DNA of 64,000 nt from a virus, in the IMG/VR virus record IMGVR_UViG_3300017773_000002, positions 1 through 64,000 of that record; one strand, given 5' to 3'. The notes beneath the pieces were generated by a model. The model had not been told where the DNA came from. It saw only the letters and a program-made list of their open reading frames with translations, and searched no databases. The position numbers and the translations under genes were made by a program. Of the stretch, positions 48,159 to 56,946 are shown piece by piece; positions within the stretch are counted from its first letter, which is position 1, and each line of letters starts with the position of its first letter.

Positions 48159-48254
48159 GACACCAAGTAGGTCGGTAGCTGGTACCGTTAGTCAGAAGGC
48201 TTGGAGACTATGCACGTGCAACGTATAAGGTCAAAGAAGAGTTTTGTGTCACCA
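48159..48254 (+). ncRNA. Candidate tRNA-like RNA ending in ACCA
   Basis: GACAC/GTGTC terminal stem plus ACCA, two internal 5-bp hairpins, no T-loop. Confidence 0.45.
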
Positions 48255-48265
48255 GACAAATTTAT

Positions 48266-48341
<76 letters not shown>

Positions 48342-48348
48342 TTAACTA

Positions 48349-48425
48349 GGACTGGTAGTTCAGTTGGTTAGAATGCCGGCCTGTCACGCCGGAGGTCGCG
48401 AGTTCGAGTCTCGTCCAGTCCGCCA
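48349..48425 (+). tRNA. tRNA-Asp(GUC)
   Basis: Anticodon loop CTGTCAC, GTTCGA, CCA end. Confidence 0.95.
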
Positions 48426-48440
48426 ATATAGGAAAACATC

Positions 48441-48557
48441 ATGGACCCTATAAATATTTGGGAATCACTCAGTTACCTAGACGGAATACTCTTCTCTGTT
48501 TGGTTGGGAATTTTGTACTATGGTAAATGTTGGATTGATAACAAGTTTAAAGATTAA
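48441..48557 (+). CDS. 38-aa membrane peptide inside the tRNA cluster
   Basis: AGGA RBS; MDPINIWESLSYLDGILFSVWLGILYYGK... Confidence 0.5.
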   Translation: MDPINIWESLSYLDGILFSVWLGILYYGKCWIDNKFKD

Positions 48558-48566
48558 TCTAATCGG

Positions 48567-48650
48567 GGGGGGATTCCCGAGCGGCCAAAGGGATCAGACT
48601 GTAAATCTGACGCGAAAGCTTCGGTGGTTCGAATCCACCTCCCCCCACCA
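48567..48650 (+). tRNA. tRNA-Tyr(GUA)
   Basis: CAGA-CTGTAAA-TCTG, long variable arm, CCA end. Confidence 0.95.
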
Positions 48651-48660
48651 TAAAATTTTC

Positions 48661-48751
48661 GGAGAGGTGGCAGAGCGGTTGAATGCACCAGTCTTGAAAA
48701 CTGGCATACGTTAATAACGTATCGTGGGTTCAAATCCCACCCTCTCCGCCA
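48661..48751 (+). tRNA. tRNA-Ser(UGA)
   Basis: CCAGT-CTTGAAA-ACTGG, long variable arm, CCA end. Confidence 0.95.
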
Positions 48752-48791
48752 CCTTTCTCATAAAAAAACTTCATTTAATTTCAAGAAACGC

Positions 48792-48820
48792 TTGACAAAC
48801 CTTGTTGGCTGTTGTATAAT
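48792..48820 (+). promoter_or_regulatory. sigma70-type promoter
   Basis: TTGACA-17-TATAAT; GAGAGAG leader. Confidence 0.8.
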
Positions 48821-48852
48821 GGTTACATAAATTGATAAAGAGAGAGTATGTT

Positions 48853-49206
48853 ATGGGAATTCATGTTAGTGTTTACAAACAAGTTCCGTATGGAAACAGT
48901 TTTTTAGATAATGTCGACTGCACCGCTGGTGGTGAGTCTTCATATAGTAAGGGTTTTACTATAGTTAATGCAGAGGGTCCTTTCGAACCGTGTTCAGATT
49001 ACCCAGCTGCGGAATTAATTATGGAAGAACCTATCGGTGGTCGTAAGTGTCTTAGAGTTGTTCCCTCATCGAAGAAGGATAAATGGACAATGTTCGGTGG
49101 TAACTATGCCGCAACATCTGACTCACGATTTTCTCAACTTTGTGACCGATTGATTGGTGGTCACTTCTATGGTGCTGTTGCTGTCTTTGACCGAGTGGAG
49201 TTTTAA
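48853..49206 (+). CDS. Early hypothetical protein
   Basis: MFGGNYAATSDSRF motif. Confidence 0.7.
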   Translation: MGIHVSVYKQVPYGNSFLDNVDCTAGGESSYSKGFTIVNAEGPFEPCSDYPAAELIMEEPIGGRKCLRVVPSSKKDKWTMFGGNYAATSDSRFSQLCDRLIGGHFYGAVAVFDRVEF

Positions 49207-49207
49207 T

Positions 49208-49444
49208 ATGACTTTTGATGAAGCCTGTCACTATTTGTGGCGAGAAGAGTTGACCGATTGGGGTGAGTACAAAGTCCCCAATCACGTGTATATAACTAAG
49301 GGTACGGACCTTGTGGGTTATGTTCCTTATGGTACAAAGGATGTTAAAATATTTAATTCTCCTATGAAGTCTTGGAGTGCAAGTAGACGAAAGTTTCGCA
49401 AGTTTAACAAGAAAGATATTAAATATTATTTTGAAAATAAGTAA
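49208..49444 (+). CDS. Hypothetical protein
   Basis: GGAG RBS; PNHVY, W..SRRKF. Confidence 0.65.
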   Translation: MTFDEACHYLWREELTDWGEYKVPNHVYITKGTDLVGYVPYGTKDVKIFNSPMKSWSASRRKFRKFNKKDIKYYFENK

Positions 49445-49452
49445 TAAATGTG

Positions 49453-49481
49453 TTGACAAAGTGTGTAAAATATTGTATAAT
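49453..49481 (+). promoter_or_regulatory. sigma70-type promoter
   Basis: TTGACA-17-TATAAT. Confidence 0.8.
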
Positions 49482-49516
49482 ACCTATGTATTGATAATTG
49501 AGAGAGAGTGTTTATT

Positions 49517-49849
49517 ATGAGTTATTTTGTTAAAGAAGATTTCCAATGGGACGGTATGTACTTGACATACAAAGGTGATTTCGAAGGTGCCAAGTTTATG
49601 CAAGATGTTCATCCTAACTGTCACGTAGGTTGGCACGGTAAGTTAAAGCCTGCTTTTGTCGCGAGATTCAAACATGGTTACAAACCTTGGAAAGCATGGG
49701 TTAACTTCCTAGTGAAAAATGTTCATGTTGAGGAGTATATGTATCTTTCTGACCACAACAACAAATTCTTCGATGAAGATTATGGGTACGAAGTCGGAGG
49801 TTCTCCGGTCTTCGCGATGGAAACTCTTGGATATAAGGGGAAGACATAA
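49517..49849 (+). CDS. Early hypothetical protein
   Basis: First ORF after the promoter. Confidence 0.65.
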   Translation: MSYFVKEDFQWDGMYLTYKGDFEGAKFMQDVHPNCHVGWHGKLKPAFVARFKHGYKPWKAWVNFLVKNVHVEEYMYLSDHNNKFFDEDYGYEVGGSPVFAMETLGYKGKT

Positions 49850-50046
49850 TGTACGGTATAGTTGGTGAGACAATTCAATGGGACACTCCTAGTGGTGTCC
49901 TTTCTGGTGAAATAATGTTTGTGCACACTCCTGAAGATATTGATTACTACAGTATTGCTACTGGACCCAATCTAATGGACAGACATTTTCTTGATAGTGA
50001 TACAATGAAAGAACTTAATGTAAAAAACTTAGGAGAAATAAAATGA
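49849..50046 (+). CDS. Hypothetical protein
   Basis: Translationally coupled ORF. Confidence 0.6.
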   Translation: MYGIVGETIQWDTPSGVLSGEIMFVHTPEDIDYYSIATGPNLMDRHFLDSDTMKELNVKNLGEIK

Positions 50047-50183
50047 GTAAAATGAGTACGGTAGTTTTTGAAGTTCAAGAGTTATATGAACAAGCAGTTT
50101 CAGTACAGGATATTTCTAATAAGTTAGACCTCCCTTTAGAATTTGTTAAAGATATTGTTTCTTGTATTTGGGATTACGAATGA
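50043..50183 (+). CDS. Small HTH-like protein (46 aa)
   Basis: AGGAG RBS; SVQDISNKLDLPLEFV. Confidence 0.5.
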   Translation: MSKMSTVVFEVQELYEQAVSVQDISNKLDLPLEFVKDIVSCIWDYE

Positions 50184-50725
50184 ATATTTTTAGATTACAT
50201 GACGACCCTGTTATATCAGCTCAAATGATGTGTGACAAACATGTGGTCAAAATGGTCATTGAATATGCCCAGTTACTATCAACCGCTCATCGCGTTATTG
50301 ATGGTGAAGAATATACTGATAGAACTAAAAGTGGTCGTAGAATAAAACGATGGAGACTCAATGGTGATGCTCAAGAAAGACTCCTATACAAAGCTTGTCA
50401 TGTTAACCATCCCTCCGCTATCTGGACAAGAGAAAACAAAAGAAACTACCGATGGTTGTATGATCATTTTGTAGCTTGCGCTAAAGAATATACGCACCGT
50501 TATGGAAGAATACACGCTACCTATGATAAACTATCTAGTCAGTTGTGGTTCGCCCCTAAGAATATTAATCAAGTAGGACCTGAGACTGTTATGCCACAAT
50601 GTATGCCCGAATATTGCAAAAATGATAATGTTACTGAAGGTTACCGTAAATACTATCGAGAAGAAAAAAAGTACTTCGCTAAATGGTCTAACCGAGAGGT
50701 ACCAAAATGGTTTCAAGAAAAGTAG
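50180..50725 (+). CDS. Pyrimidine-dimer DNA glycosylase (DenV-like family)
   Basis: MNIF.L, DKHVVKM..E.AQLLST, HVNHPS, PQCMP. Confidence 0.75.
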   Translation: MNIFRLHDDPVISAQMMCDKHVVKMVIEYAQLLSTAHRVIDGEEYTDRTKSGRRIKRWRLNGDAQERLLYKACHVNHPSAIWTRENKRNYRWLYDHFVACAKEYTHRYGRIHATYDKLSSQLWFAPKNINQVGPETVMPQCMPEYCKNDNVTEGYRKYYREEKKYFAKWSNREVPKWFQEK

Positions 50726-50896
50726 GCGTTTGGATACTAAGAATAATGCTTATATTTTGGTTAAGTTTTTCTCAGAAAGCTGACGATGAATTGTTTGGTG
50801 TTTTAACAAGTATTCGTAGATTTAACGAATGTCGTAGATTAGTAAAAGATAAACCTAATAAAAAGTATATATAATATTAACAGAGGCAATTAAATT

Positions 50897-51334
50897 ATGG
50901 CATATACTACAAGAAATCCTGAAGTTTTTGAGATACTTGAAGAGTTCAGTAAATCTAAAAATAAAAAATCTCGATTAGAGGTTCTAAGTAAATATTCTGA
51001 TGTTCAGGCACTTAAGGATGTTTTAAGAGGAACTTTTGACGATTCTTTAGAGTTTCTTTTACCCGAAGGAAAACCTCCATTCACCCCGAATAACGAAAGA
51101 AGTGTTCCCTCCACTCTATTGAGAGGGCATAAAATGTTTGGTATTTTTGTAAATGGTGGGCCTGGCACTGATCTCCCTGCCTACAAAAGAGAAAACAAAT
51201 TTATAGAACTACTAGAGTCTATCCATCCTAAAGATGCTGATTTAGTTCTCTCTATGATAGAGAAAAAATCACCAATAAAATTCTTAACTAAAAAACTTGT
51301 ACAGGAGGCATTCCCCGATTTGATCCGTAAGTAA
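50897..51334 (+). CDS. Conserved T4-like phage hypothetical protein
   Basis: LPEGKPPF, KRE..FIELLESIHP.DA. Confidence 0.75.
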   Translation: MAYTTRNPEVFEILEEFSKSKNKKSRLEVLSKYSDVQALKDVLRGTFDDSLEFLLPEGKPPFTPNNERSVPSTLLRGHKMFGIFVNGGPGTDLPAYKRENKFIELLESIHPKDADLVLSMIEKKSPIKFLTKKLVQEAFPDLIRK

Positions 51335-51379
51335 CCCAAGGTAGCAGCTTAAACCCACTCGACCTATAAGGAATCTACT

Positions 51380-51523
51380 ATGTCGAATAATAAAGTAAGT
51401 AATAAAACTGCAACAATTCATAGAACGTCCATGTCACTCTCCCAAACGACATACAATTATTATTGTAATTCGAATGTGACAACGGATAATTATTATACTA
51501 CAACAAAGGGTTCCAACTGCTAA
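51380..51523 (+). CDS. Possible 47-aa S/T/N/Y-rich peptide (or a structured RNA)
   Basis: AAGGA RBS; MSNNKVSNKTATIHRTSMSLSQTTYNYYCNSNVTTDNYYTTTKGSNC. Confidence 0.4.
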   Translation: MSNNKVSNKTATIHRTSMSLSQTTYNYYCNSNVTTDNYYTTTKGSNC

Positions 51524-51605
51524 ATAGGGGGTGATCATATCTCTTCAGGATCAGATCTCGCGTATCCTGTCGTATTGATCTACTTTATGACCAGTGAATT
51601 TTATT

Positions 51606-51842
51606 ATGGCAATTTACAACTTTAAAAATAAAGAAACCGGAGAGATCTTTGAAAAGACTCTTCGGATTTCTGACTTAGACGAATTTAAAAAAAATAATCC
51701 GGAACTGACTCAGGTTATATTATCTGCGCCTAAACTCGTTTCTGGACATACTACAGCTCGTCAGTTGGCCGGTTCAGAATGGAATGACCATCTGAAAAAT
51801 ATCAAGAAGGGTGCTGGTAAGCACTCAACAATCAACACTTAA
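51606..51842 (+). CDS. FmdB-like small regulator lacking the Cys ligands
   Basis: MAIYNFKNKETGEIFE...W.D.LK.IK. Confidence 0.6.
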   Translation: MAIYNFKNKETGEIFEKTLRISDLDEFKKNNPELTQVILSAPKLVSGHTTARQLAGSEWNDHLKNIKKGAGKHSTINT

Positions 51843-51857
51843 TATAGGAATATATAC

Positions 51858-52304
51858 ATGAATAGAGAAAATGTCTTTGAGACGTTAAAAATAGATGAAG
51901 GCGTTAAGTATGAAATTTATCTTGACCATCTTGGTTACCCTACTTTTGGTGTGGGGCATTTGGTCACGGAAAATGATCCGGAATACGGACAAGATGTTGG
52001 AACAGAAATCTCTGAAGAGAGAGTCTGGGAATGTTTCGAAACCGATCTGGACACCGCGATTTCCGAGTGCGAAGCTCTATACGAAGAGCGGACTTATGGA
52101 GATTTCCCCGACGAAGTCAAAGAGATACTGGTTAATATGATGTTCAATATGGGAAGGACTCGTCTTAGTAAGTTTAAGAACATGACTGCTGCATTACTGG
52201 ATGGTGACTGGGAAAGAGCTGCTGTAGAAGGTAGAGATTCTCGTTGGCACAAACAAGTAACGAATCGAGCAGAACGATTAATGGTGAGACTAGAGAATGT
52301 CTAA
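51858..52304 (+). CDS. T4-lysozyme-like muramidase (GH24)
   Basis: DEG..Y.DHLGYPTFGVGH, NMMFNMG, DSRW.KQV..RA. Confidence 0.92.
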   Translation: MNRENVFETLKIDEGVKYEIYLDHLGYPTFGVGHLVTENDPEYGQDVGTEISEERVWECFETDLDTAISECEALYEERTYGDFPDEVKEILVNMMFNMGRTRLSKFKNMTAALLDGDWERAAVEGRDSRWHKQVTNRAERLMVRLENV

Positions 52305-53142
52305 AAACGCTATCTTCCAATATATGATAACAAGTAGTGTTGTCGACCAACGTGGAGACATCAAAGGAAGAAACCGATCAGAACTCTATCAAGAGTGCGC
52401 ATCAATATCTAGGAAATCTTTTGAAGCATATGCAGATTTGATTTGCGCTGACCATCACTACTCGGATAAAAGAGTATTCACTGAAGGACATGGTTGTTCG
52501 ACATCACTTCTTTATGAATGTCTTCGAGTGATTTATGATCCAATGTTTGACAAATATGATAACGTTCTATTTGTTGATACTGATATTGTAGTGAACACAA
52601 CAAAAAATATATTTGATGAATGTTGTGTTGGCGCAGAAGTCTATGGTGTATTGGAATCAGATATAGTTACATCAAATGGCGGTGGGTATAATTCTTGGGA
52701 CTATAAAGAAAGTACATACAATGACTTCTGTTCTAAGTTTGATATGCATAACTGTCCTATATTGCCGACATTACCTCCCAGTAGACCATCTAAGTTGACA
52801 ATCCTCAATACTGGAGTGGTTATCTGGACTAAGGAAGCCAGACTTCGTGCGAGAAAGGAGTTTGATTCTTGGGAAGATTGGTGTTATTCTCAACCATCTT
52901 TTCATATGTCTATAATGAACGATCAACCCTATATTTCCGCACAACTTGGAAAACATGAATTCGACCTAGAATGTTTGGGTCAAGAATGGAACGATTCTCC
53001 GCATTATAATACAGAAGAAGAATTCTTCGAAAAGGCTAACTTCTGTCATTATACCGGAGGAGACTGGAAGATAGATATGACTCGTCATTGGCATCAAAGA
53101 AAGTATAAAGTAATGCCTTGGGAAAGAACTTTAGTTCCATAG
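52297..53142 (+). CDS. GT-A glycosyltransferase
   Basis: FVDTDI, NTGV, DQ, WN, HYTG. Confidence 0.8.
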   Translation: MSKNAIFQYMITSSVVDQRGDIKGRNRSELYQECASISRKSFEAYADLICADHHYSDKRVFTEGHGCSTSLLYECLRVIYDPMFDKYDNVLFVDTDIVVNTTKNIFDECCVGAEVYGVLESDIVTSNGGGYNSWDYKESTYNDFCSKFDMHNCPILPTLPPSRPSKLTILNTGVVIWTKEARLRARKEFDSWEDWCYSQPSFHMSIMNDQPYISAQLGKHEFDLECLGQEWNDSPHYNTEEEFFEKANFCHYTGGDWKIDMTRHWHQRKYKVMPWERTLVP

Positions 53143-53147
53143 AACAC

Positions 53148-53185
53148 TTGACATTTCTTGTTCAATGGGTTATAATACCTGTATT
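53148..53185 (+). promoter_or_regulatory. Early promoter with conserved downstream element
   Basis: TTGACA-17-TATAAT-ACCTGTATT. Confidence 0.8.
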
Positions 53186-53199
53186 GAATGGAGATATAA

Positions 53200-53781
53200 A
53201 TGAAAGAAAAAGTAATATTAGTAGACTGTGATGGTGTTTTGTTGGATTGGGTCTACGCATTCACTCAGTGGATGGATCGTCACGGATATAAGTTAGATCC
53301 TAATGCTGACAAGATTTACAGTATCAACCAAAGATACAACATAGAAAAATTAGAAGGTAAAAGGCTCGTAAGAATGTTCAATGAGAGTGCGGTAATTCGT
53401 AAATTACCTCCTCTTAGAGACGCTATGAAGTATGTTAAGAAGTTGCATGAACAACATGGTTATGTTTTCCATGCAATAACTAGTTTGAGTAACGATCAGT
53501 ATGCACAACATTTAAGAACTAAAAATCTTATTGAATTGTTCGGTCCAACACCCTTCGAGAAGTATGTTTATTTAGATACTGGTGCTGATAAAGACGAAGC
53601 TTTAGAAGAGTATCGTGATACTGGATGTTACTGGATAGAAGACAAACCTGAGAACTGTGATGTTGGTTCTAAGATGGGTTTAGAAAGTTTATTGGTTGCT
53701 CATGAGCACAATGCAAATTACAAGGGACACGCAACACGTGTTCAAAACTGGAAAGAGATCTATAAGATCATAACTGAATAA
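53200..53781 (+). CDS. HAD-family 5'(3')-nucleotidase-like protein
   Basis: DCDGVL, ITS, K, WIEDK. Confidence 0.85.
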   Translation: MKEKVILVDCDGVLLDWVYAFTQWMDRHGYKLDPNADKIYSINQRYNIEKLEGKRLVRMFNESAVIRKLPPLRDAMKYVKKLHEQHGYVFHAITSLSNDQYAQHLRTKNLIELFGPTPFEKYVYLDTGADKDEALEEYRDTGCYWIEDKPENCDVGSKMGLESLLVAHEHNANYKGHATRVQNWKEIYKIITE

Positions 53782-53790
53782 GGAGTCAAT

Positions 53791-54066
53791 ATGACTATTA
53801 AAGCGCCTAACTGGTGTCCACATGCGGTACCTACTTCAAGAGGATGGGAGAATCCCGTTACTGGAGAAGTGTATAAAAAACAAGTTTTAACAACTGAACA
53901 AATCGCTGAATTTTTTACTGCGGCTGCTCCTTCAGAACCACCCGTGGTTCAAAAGGTTGTTTTCGATTCTTTTGACGTAAAACCAACTTCTTCTATGCAG
54001 TTAAATGAAGTTATGTACGACAATAAAATGGACGAGAACAATTCAAATAAGGAATGGGCAGATTAA
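53791..54066 (+). CDS. Hypothetical protein
   Basis: AGGAG RBS; PNW.P.AVPT.RGW. Confidence 0.65.
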   Translation: MTIKAPNWCPHAVPTSRGWENPVTGEVYKKQVLTTEQIAEFFTAAAPSEPPVVQKVVFDSFDVKPTSSMQLNEVMYDNKMDENNSNKEWAD

Positions 54067-54068
54067 AA

Positions 54069-54380
54069 ATGCTTAAACACAATGACTCCGCCACTGAACT
54101 ATTGACTATTCTTCAAGAAGAGTGTGCGGAAGTCATACAAGAAGCCTCTAAAGTTAAAAGGTTTGGTCAAGAACAATCCAATATAAGTAGACTCGCTAAA
54201 GAAGTGGGTGACTTAGTTTGTATGATTGAACTTTTACAAGAATGGGAAGTTGTTTCTCATAGTGCTGTAGAAAATTCTAGACAACAAAAATTAGATAAAT
54301 TAAAAATATGGTCTAATTTATTTTCAAGTGAAGAAGAAAGGTCCCTATATTATGACGACATTGTTGTCTCTGAGAACTGA
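54069..54380 (+). CDS. MazG-like NTP pyrophosphohydrolase
   Basis: EECAEVIQ...KEVGDL. Confidence 0.75.
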   Translation: MLKHNDSATELLTILQEECAEVIQEASKVKRFGQEQSNISRLAKEVGDLVCMIELLQEWEVVSHSAVENSRQQKLDKLKIWSNLFSSEEERSLYYDDIVVSEN

Positions 54381-54603
54381 TAAAAACATATCTATCCTTA
54401 AGTGGATAGGAACTATATTATTTTTCACAGCTGGAATTTTACTAAGTAGCAAGATAGGAATAAGTCGATGGGGGTATATTTTATTCTTTATCGGACACTT
54501 AATTTTTATCTATGTTTTTTGGAAAGATCGTCCCATGCTTACACAAAATATTATGTTTACGACAATAGACTTATGGGGAATTTATCGTTGGTGGTTGATA
54601 TAA
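54352..54603 (+). CDS. 3-TM membrane protein
   Basis: LKWIGT...GIYRW hydrophobic pattern. Confidence 0.65.
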   Translation: MTTLLSLRTDKNISILKWIGTILFFTAGILLSSKIGISRWGYILFFIGHLIFIYVFWKDRPMLTQNIMFTTIDLWGIYRWWLI

Positions 54604-54610
54604 AATAATA

Positions 54611-54618
54611 TATAAATA
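54611..54618 (+). promoter_or_regulatory. T4-type late promoter
   Basis: Intergenic TATAAATA. Confidence 0.7.
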
Positions 54619-54646
54619 AACATATCACCAATTTAAGGATAAATCG

Positions 54647-56098
54647 ATGAAGTATGTGGGTTTTAGTGAACATTATCATGATGCTGGTTTTGTAATTATA
54701 GATGAGTCCGGAAATGTAGATTTTGCTACACATTCAGAACGATATAGTAAGAAGAAAAATGATCCCAGAATAAACTCAGAAATATGGAAAAGAGTTTGTG
54801 AGGGGGATCATATTTCCTTTTATGAAGACCACTCCTTAAAATTTAATGTTAGGGGTGGTCTTGGTACCTCAAACTATAGACCAGAAAATAATAGACATTT
54901 TGATATCTCGTATCTTCATCATCAATCTCATTGCGCTACAGCTTTCTACACTCGTCCTTGGGATAGTGTGGATGATACTGTTCAGGTTTCTATAGATGGA
55001 GTTGGTGAACTTCAGACAGCCTGTATTTTAGATAAAGATTTTAATTTAATTAAAGAATGGCATTATCCTAAATCTGTGGGTTTGATTTACACGCTAGTAA
55101 CAACATTTTTAGGTTTGCGTCCCCTCGAAGACGAATATGTTGTAATGGGACTATCCTCCTATGGAGAGGATAAATTCAGTAATTGGATAATAGAACAATA
55201 TAAAAATTTTTCTGATACCGCTGATGAAGTTTCTATGGGAATTTTGGTTGGTGATCCGGAAAAATCCGACAGAGAAAAACAAAGAATAAATTTTCGTGAT
55301 GTTTTAAAACAAAAAGTCGAATCTAACTCTAGAGAAGATGCTGCAGCATCTTGTCAGGCATTTGCCGAATGGGCTATTATGGATATAATGCAAGAAGCCC
55401 GAAAACACGGTAGTAAGTTGGTGTATAGTGGCGGATGCGCACAAAATGTAATTATTAATTCATTACTTCCTAAAATATTTGATGAAGTTCATATCGCAGT
55501 ATCCCCCACTGATGCCGGTTCAGCTTTAGGTTGTGCCGCACTTTCTTGGGCAAAAGAAACTGGTAAGAATAAACTTATTTGGACCCCGTATTCCGGTTAT
55601 AATATCGAAAGAAAAATCAATCCCAAAAAAATTGTCGATCATTTAATAGAAAAAAAAATATGCGGTATAGCTAACGGTAAAGCTGAATTTGGACCTAGAG
55701 CTTTGGGCAATAGATCTTTGATTGCTGATGTCAGATACGATGTTAAAGATACGGTAAATAATATCAAACGAAGACAAATGTATCGTCCTTTCGCTCCAGC
55801 TATATTAGAGGAATATGTGGAAGACTACTTCCTTGGATGTACTAATGAATATATGCAATATACTTCTATTGCGTTACATGACTATAAGTCAGTTACTCAT
55901 ATAGACGGTACTGCTAGAGTACAAGTGGTAAAGAAAGACTGTAATTCTATATTTCGAAAAATAATTGAAGAGTATTATGAACGTACTGGAGTCCCCATGT
56001 TACTAAATACTTCTTTAAATATACGTGGAAGACCTATGGTCAACGACGAAAATGACGCTAAACTTTGGCAACAACAGTATAATGTAAAGGTATTTTAA
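54647..56098 (+). CDS. NodU/CmcH-family carbamoyltransferase
   Basis: HDAG, HHQSH, DGVGE, VMGL..YG, EFGPRALGNRS, RPFAP, LNTSLN. Confidence 0.92.
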   Translation: MKYVGFSEHYHDAGFVIIDESGNVDFATHSERYSKKKNDPRINSEIWKRVCEGDHISFYEDHSLKFNVRGGLGTSNYRPENNRHFDISYLHHQSHCATAFYTRPWDSVDDTVQVSIDGVGELQTACILDKDFNLIKEWHYPKSVGLIYTLVTTFLGLRPLEDEYVVMGLSSYGEDKFSNWIIEQYKNFSDTADEVSMGILVGDPEKSDREKQRINFRDVLKQKVESNSREDAAASCQAFAEWAIMDIMQEARKHGSKLVYSGGCAQNVIINSLLPKIFDEVHIAVSPTDAGSALGCAALSWAKETGKNKLIWTPYSGYNIERKINPKKIVDHLIEKKICGIANGKAEFGPRALGNRSLIADVRYDVKDTVNNIKRRQMYRPFAPAILEEYVEDYFLGCTNEYMQYTSIALHDYKSVTHIDGTARVQVVKKDCNSIFRKIIEEYYERTGVPMLLNTSLNIRGRPMVNDENDAKLWQQQYNVKVF

Positions 56099-56099
56099 A

Positions 56100-56456
56100 A
56101 TGGCAAAAGCAACAAAAGAAAAAGAAAAAACGCTCACGGTAGATAGTGATGGTTCTCTAGCCAAAGCTGATACCAATGGTGATGGTCATGTAACAGAGAC
56201 CGAACTGGAAATGCATATGGAGTTCAAAAGAAAAGAACTTGAAGATGCTGATGCGATGCGAGATGCACAACGAAAGATGGCTTGGTTCTCTCTATATGGA
56301 ATGTTGTTATATCCTTTCGCGGTTGTTCTTGCATCTGTCGTAGGTTTAGATGAAGCGACAAAGACACTGGGTTCTATGGCTCCCACATACTTCGTTTCGG
56401 TTGCTGCTATAGTTGCGGCATTTTATGCGAAGGAAGCAATGGGTACTAAAAAATAA
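56100..56456 (+). CDS. EF-hand plus 2-TM membrane protein
   Basis: DTNGDGHVTETE canonical 12-residue loop; two TMs. Confidence 0.7.
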   Translation: MAKATKEKEKTLTVDSDGSLAKADTNGDGHVTETELEMHMEFKRKELEDADAMRDAQRKMAWFSLYGMLLYPFAVVLASVVGLDEATKTLGSMAPTYFVSVAAIVAAFYAKEAMGTKK

Positions 56457-56466
56457 GGATTGATAG

Positions 56467-56946
56467 ATGTCACATAAAGATGTAAATCCACATATATTAT
56501 TTCCTTTTTTAATTTCTTGTGCGGCTGCTTTTATTATTTCCTTCGCATTTGATAACGTAAAACATAGAGGTCATAACCCCCAAAGTGCATGTATAAATGA
56601 GTGTTATGAAAAGTTGTTAGAAAGACGAGAAGTTGCTAGGGTCGCTAAAATAGAAGAAGAAAGACTTATCGCAGCAGGCGTTATTGAAGCTCCTGTAGTC
56701 GTGGAAGACCCCACCCCACCTATGTGGAATGGATGTGCTGGGTGTCATGGCACGAAGGGTGAAGGAATGGGAATGTTTCCAAAGATCGCTGGTCAAAGTA
56801 AAGAATACATTACAACTGCTTTACTGGAATATAAAAATAGACAAGAGAGGGGAAGACAGTCCATGATAATGTGGTCACAGGCATCTTTTTTGTCTGATAG
56901 AGATATTGACACTCTCGGAAATTTCATTAGTAATTTGGAAAACTGA
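56467..56946 (+). CDS. Membrane-anchored class I c-type cytochrome
   Basis: CAGCHG, PKIAGQ..YI..L..YK, distal M, LSD.DI; N-terminal TM. Confidence 0.88.
   Translation: MSHKDVNPHILFPFLISCAAAFIISFAFDNVKHRGHNPQSACINECYEKLLERREVARVAKIEEERLIAAGVIEAPVVVEDPTPPMWNGCAGCHGTKGEGMGMFPKIAGQSKEYITTALLEYKNRQERGRQSMIMWSQASFLSDRDIDTLGNFISNLEN

Noticed and set aside
48159-48254. tRNA-Sec, suggested by its length
   Set aside because: No UCA in a 7-nt anticodon loop and no T-loop
48520-48714. 64-aa ORF from the ORF track
   Set aside because: Overlaps tRNA-Tyr and tRNA-Ser; spurious
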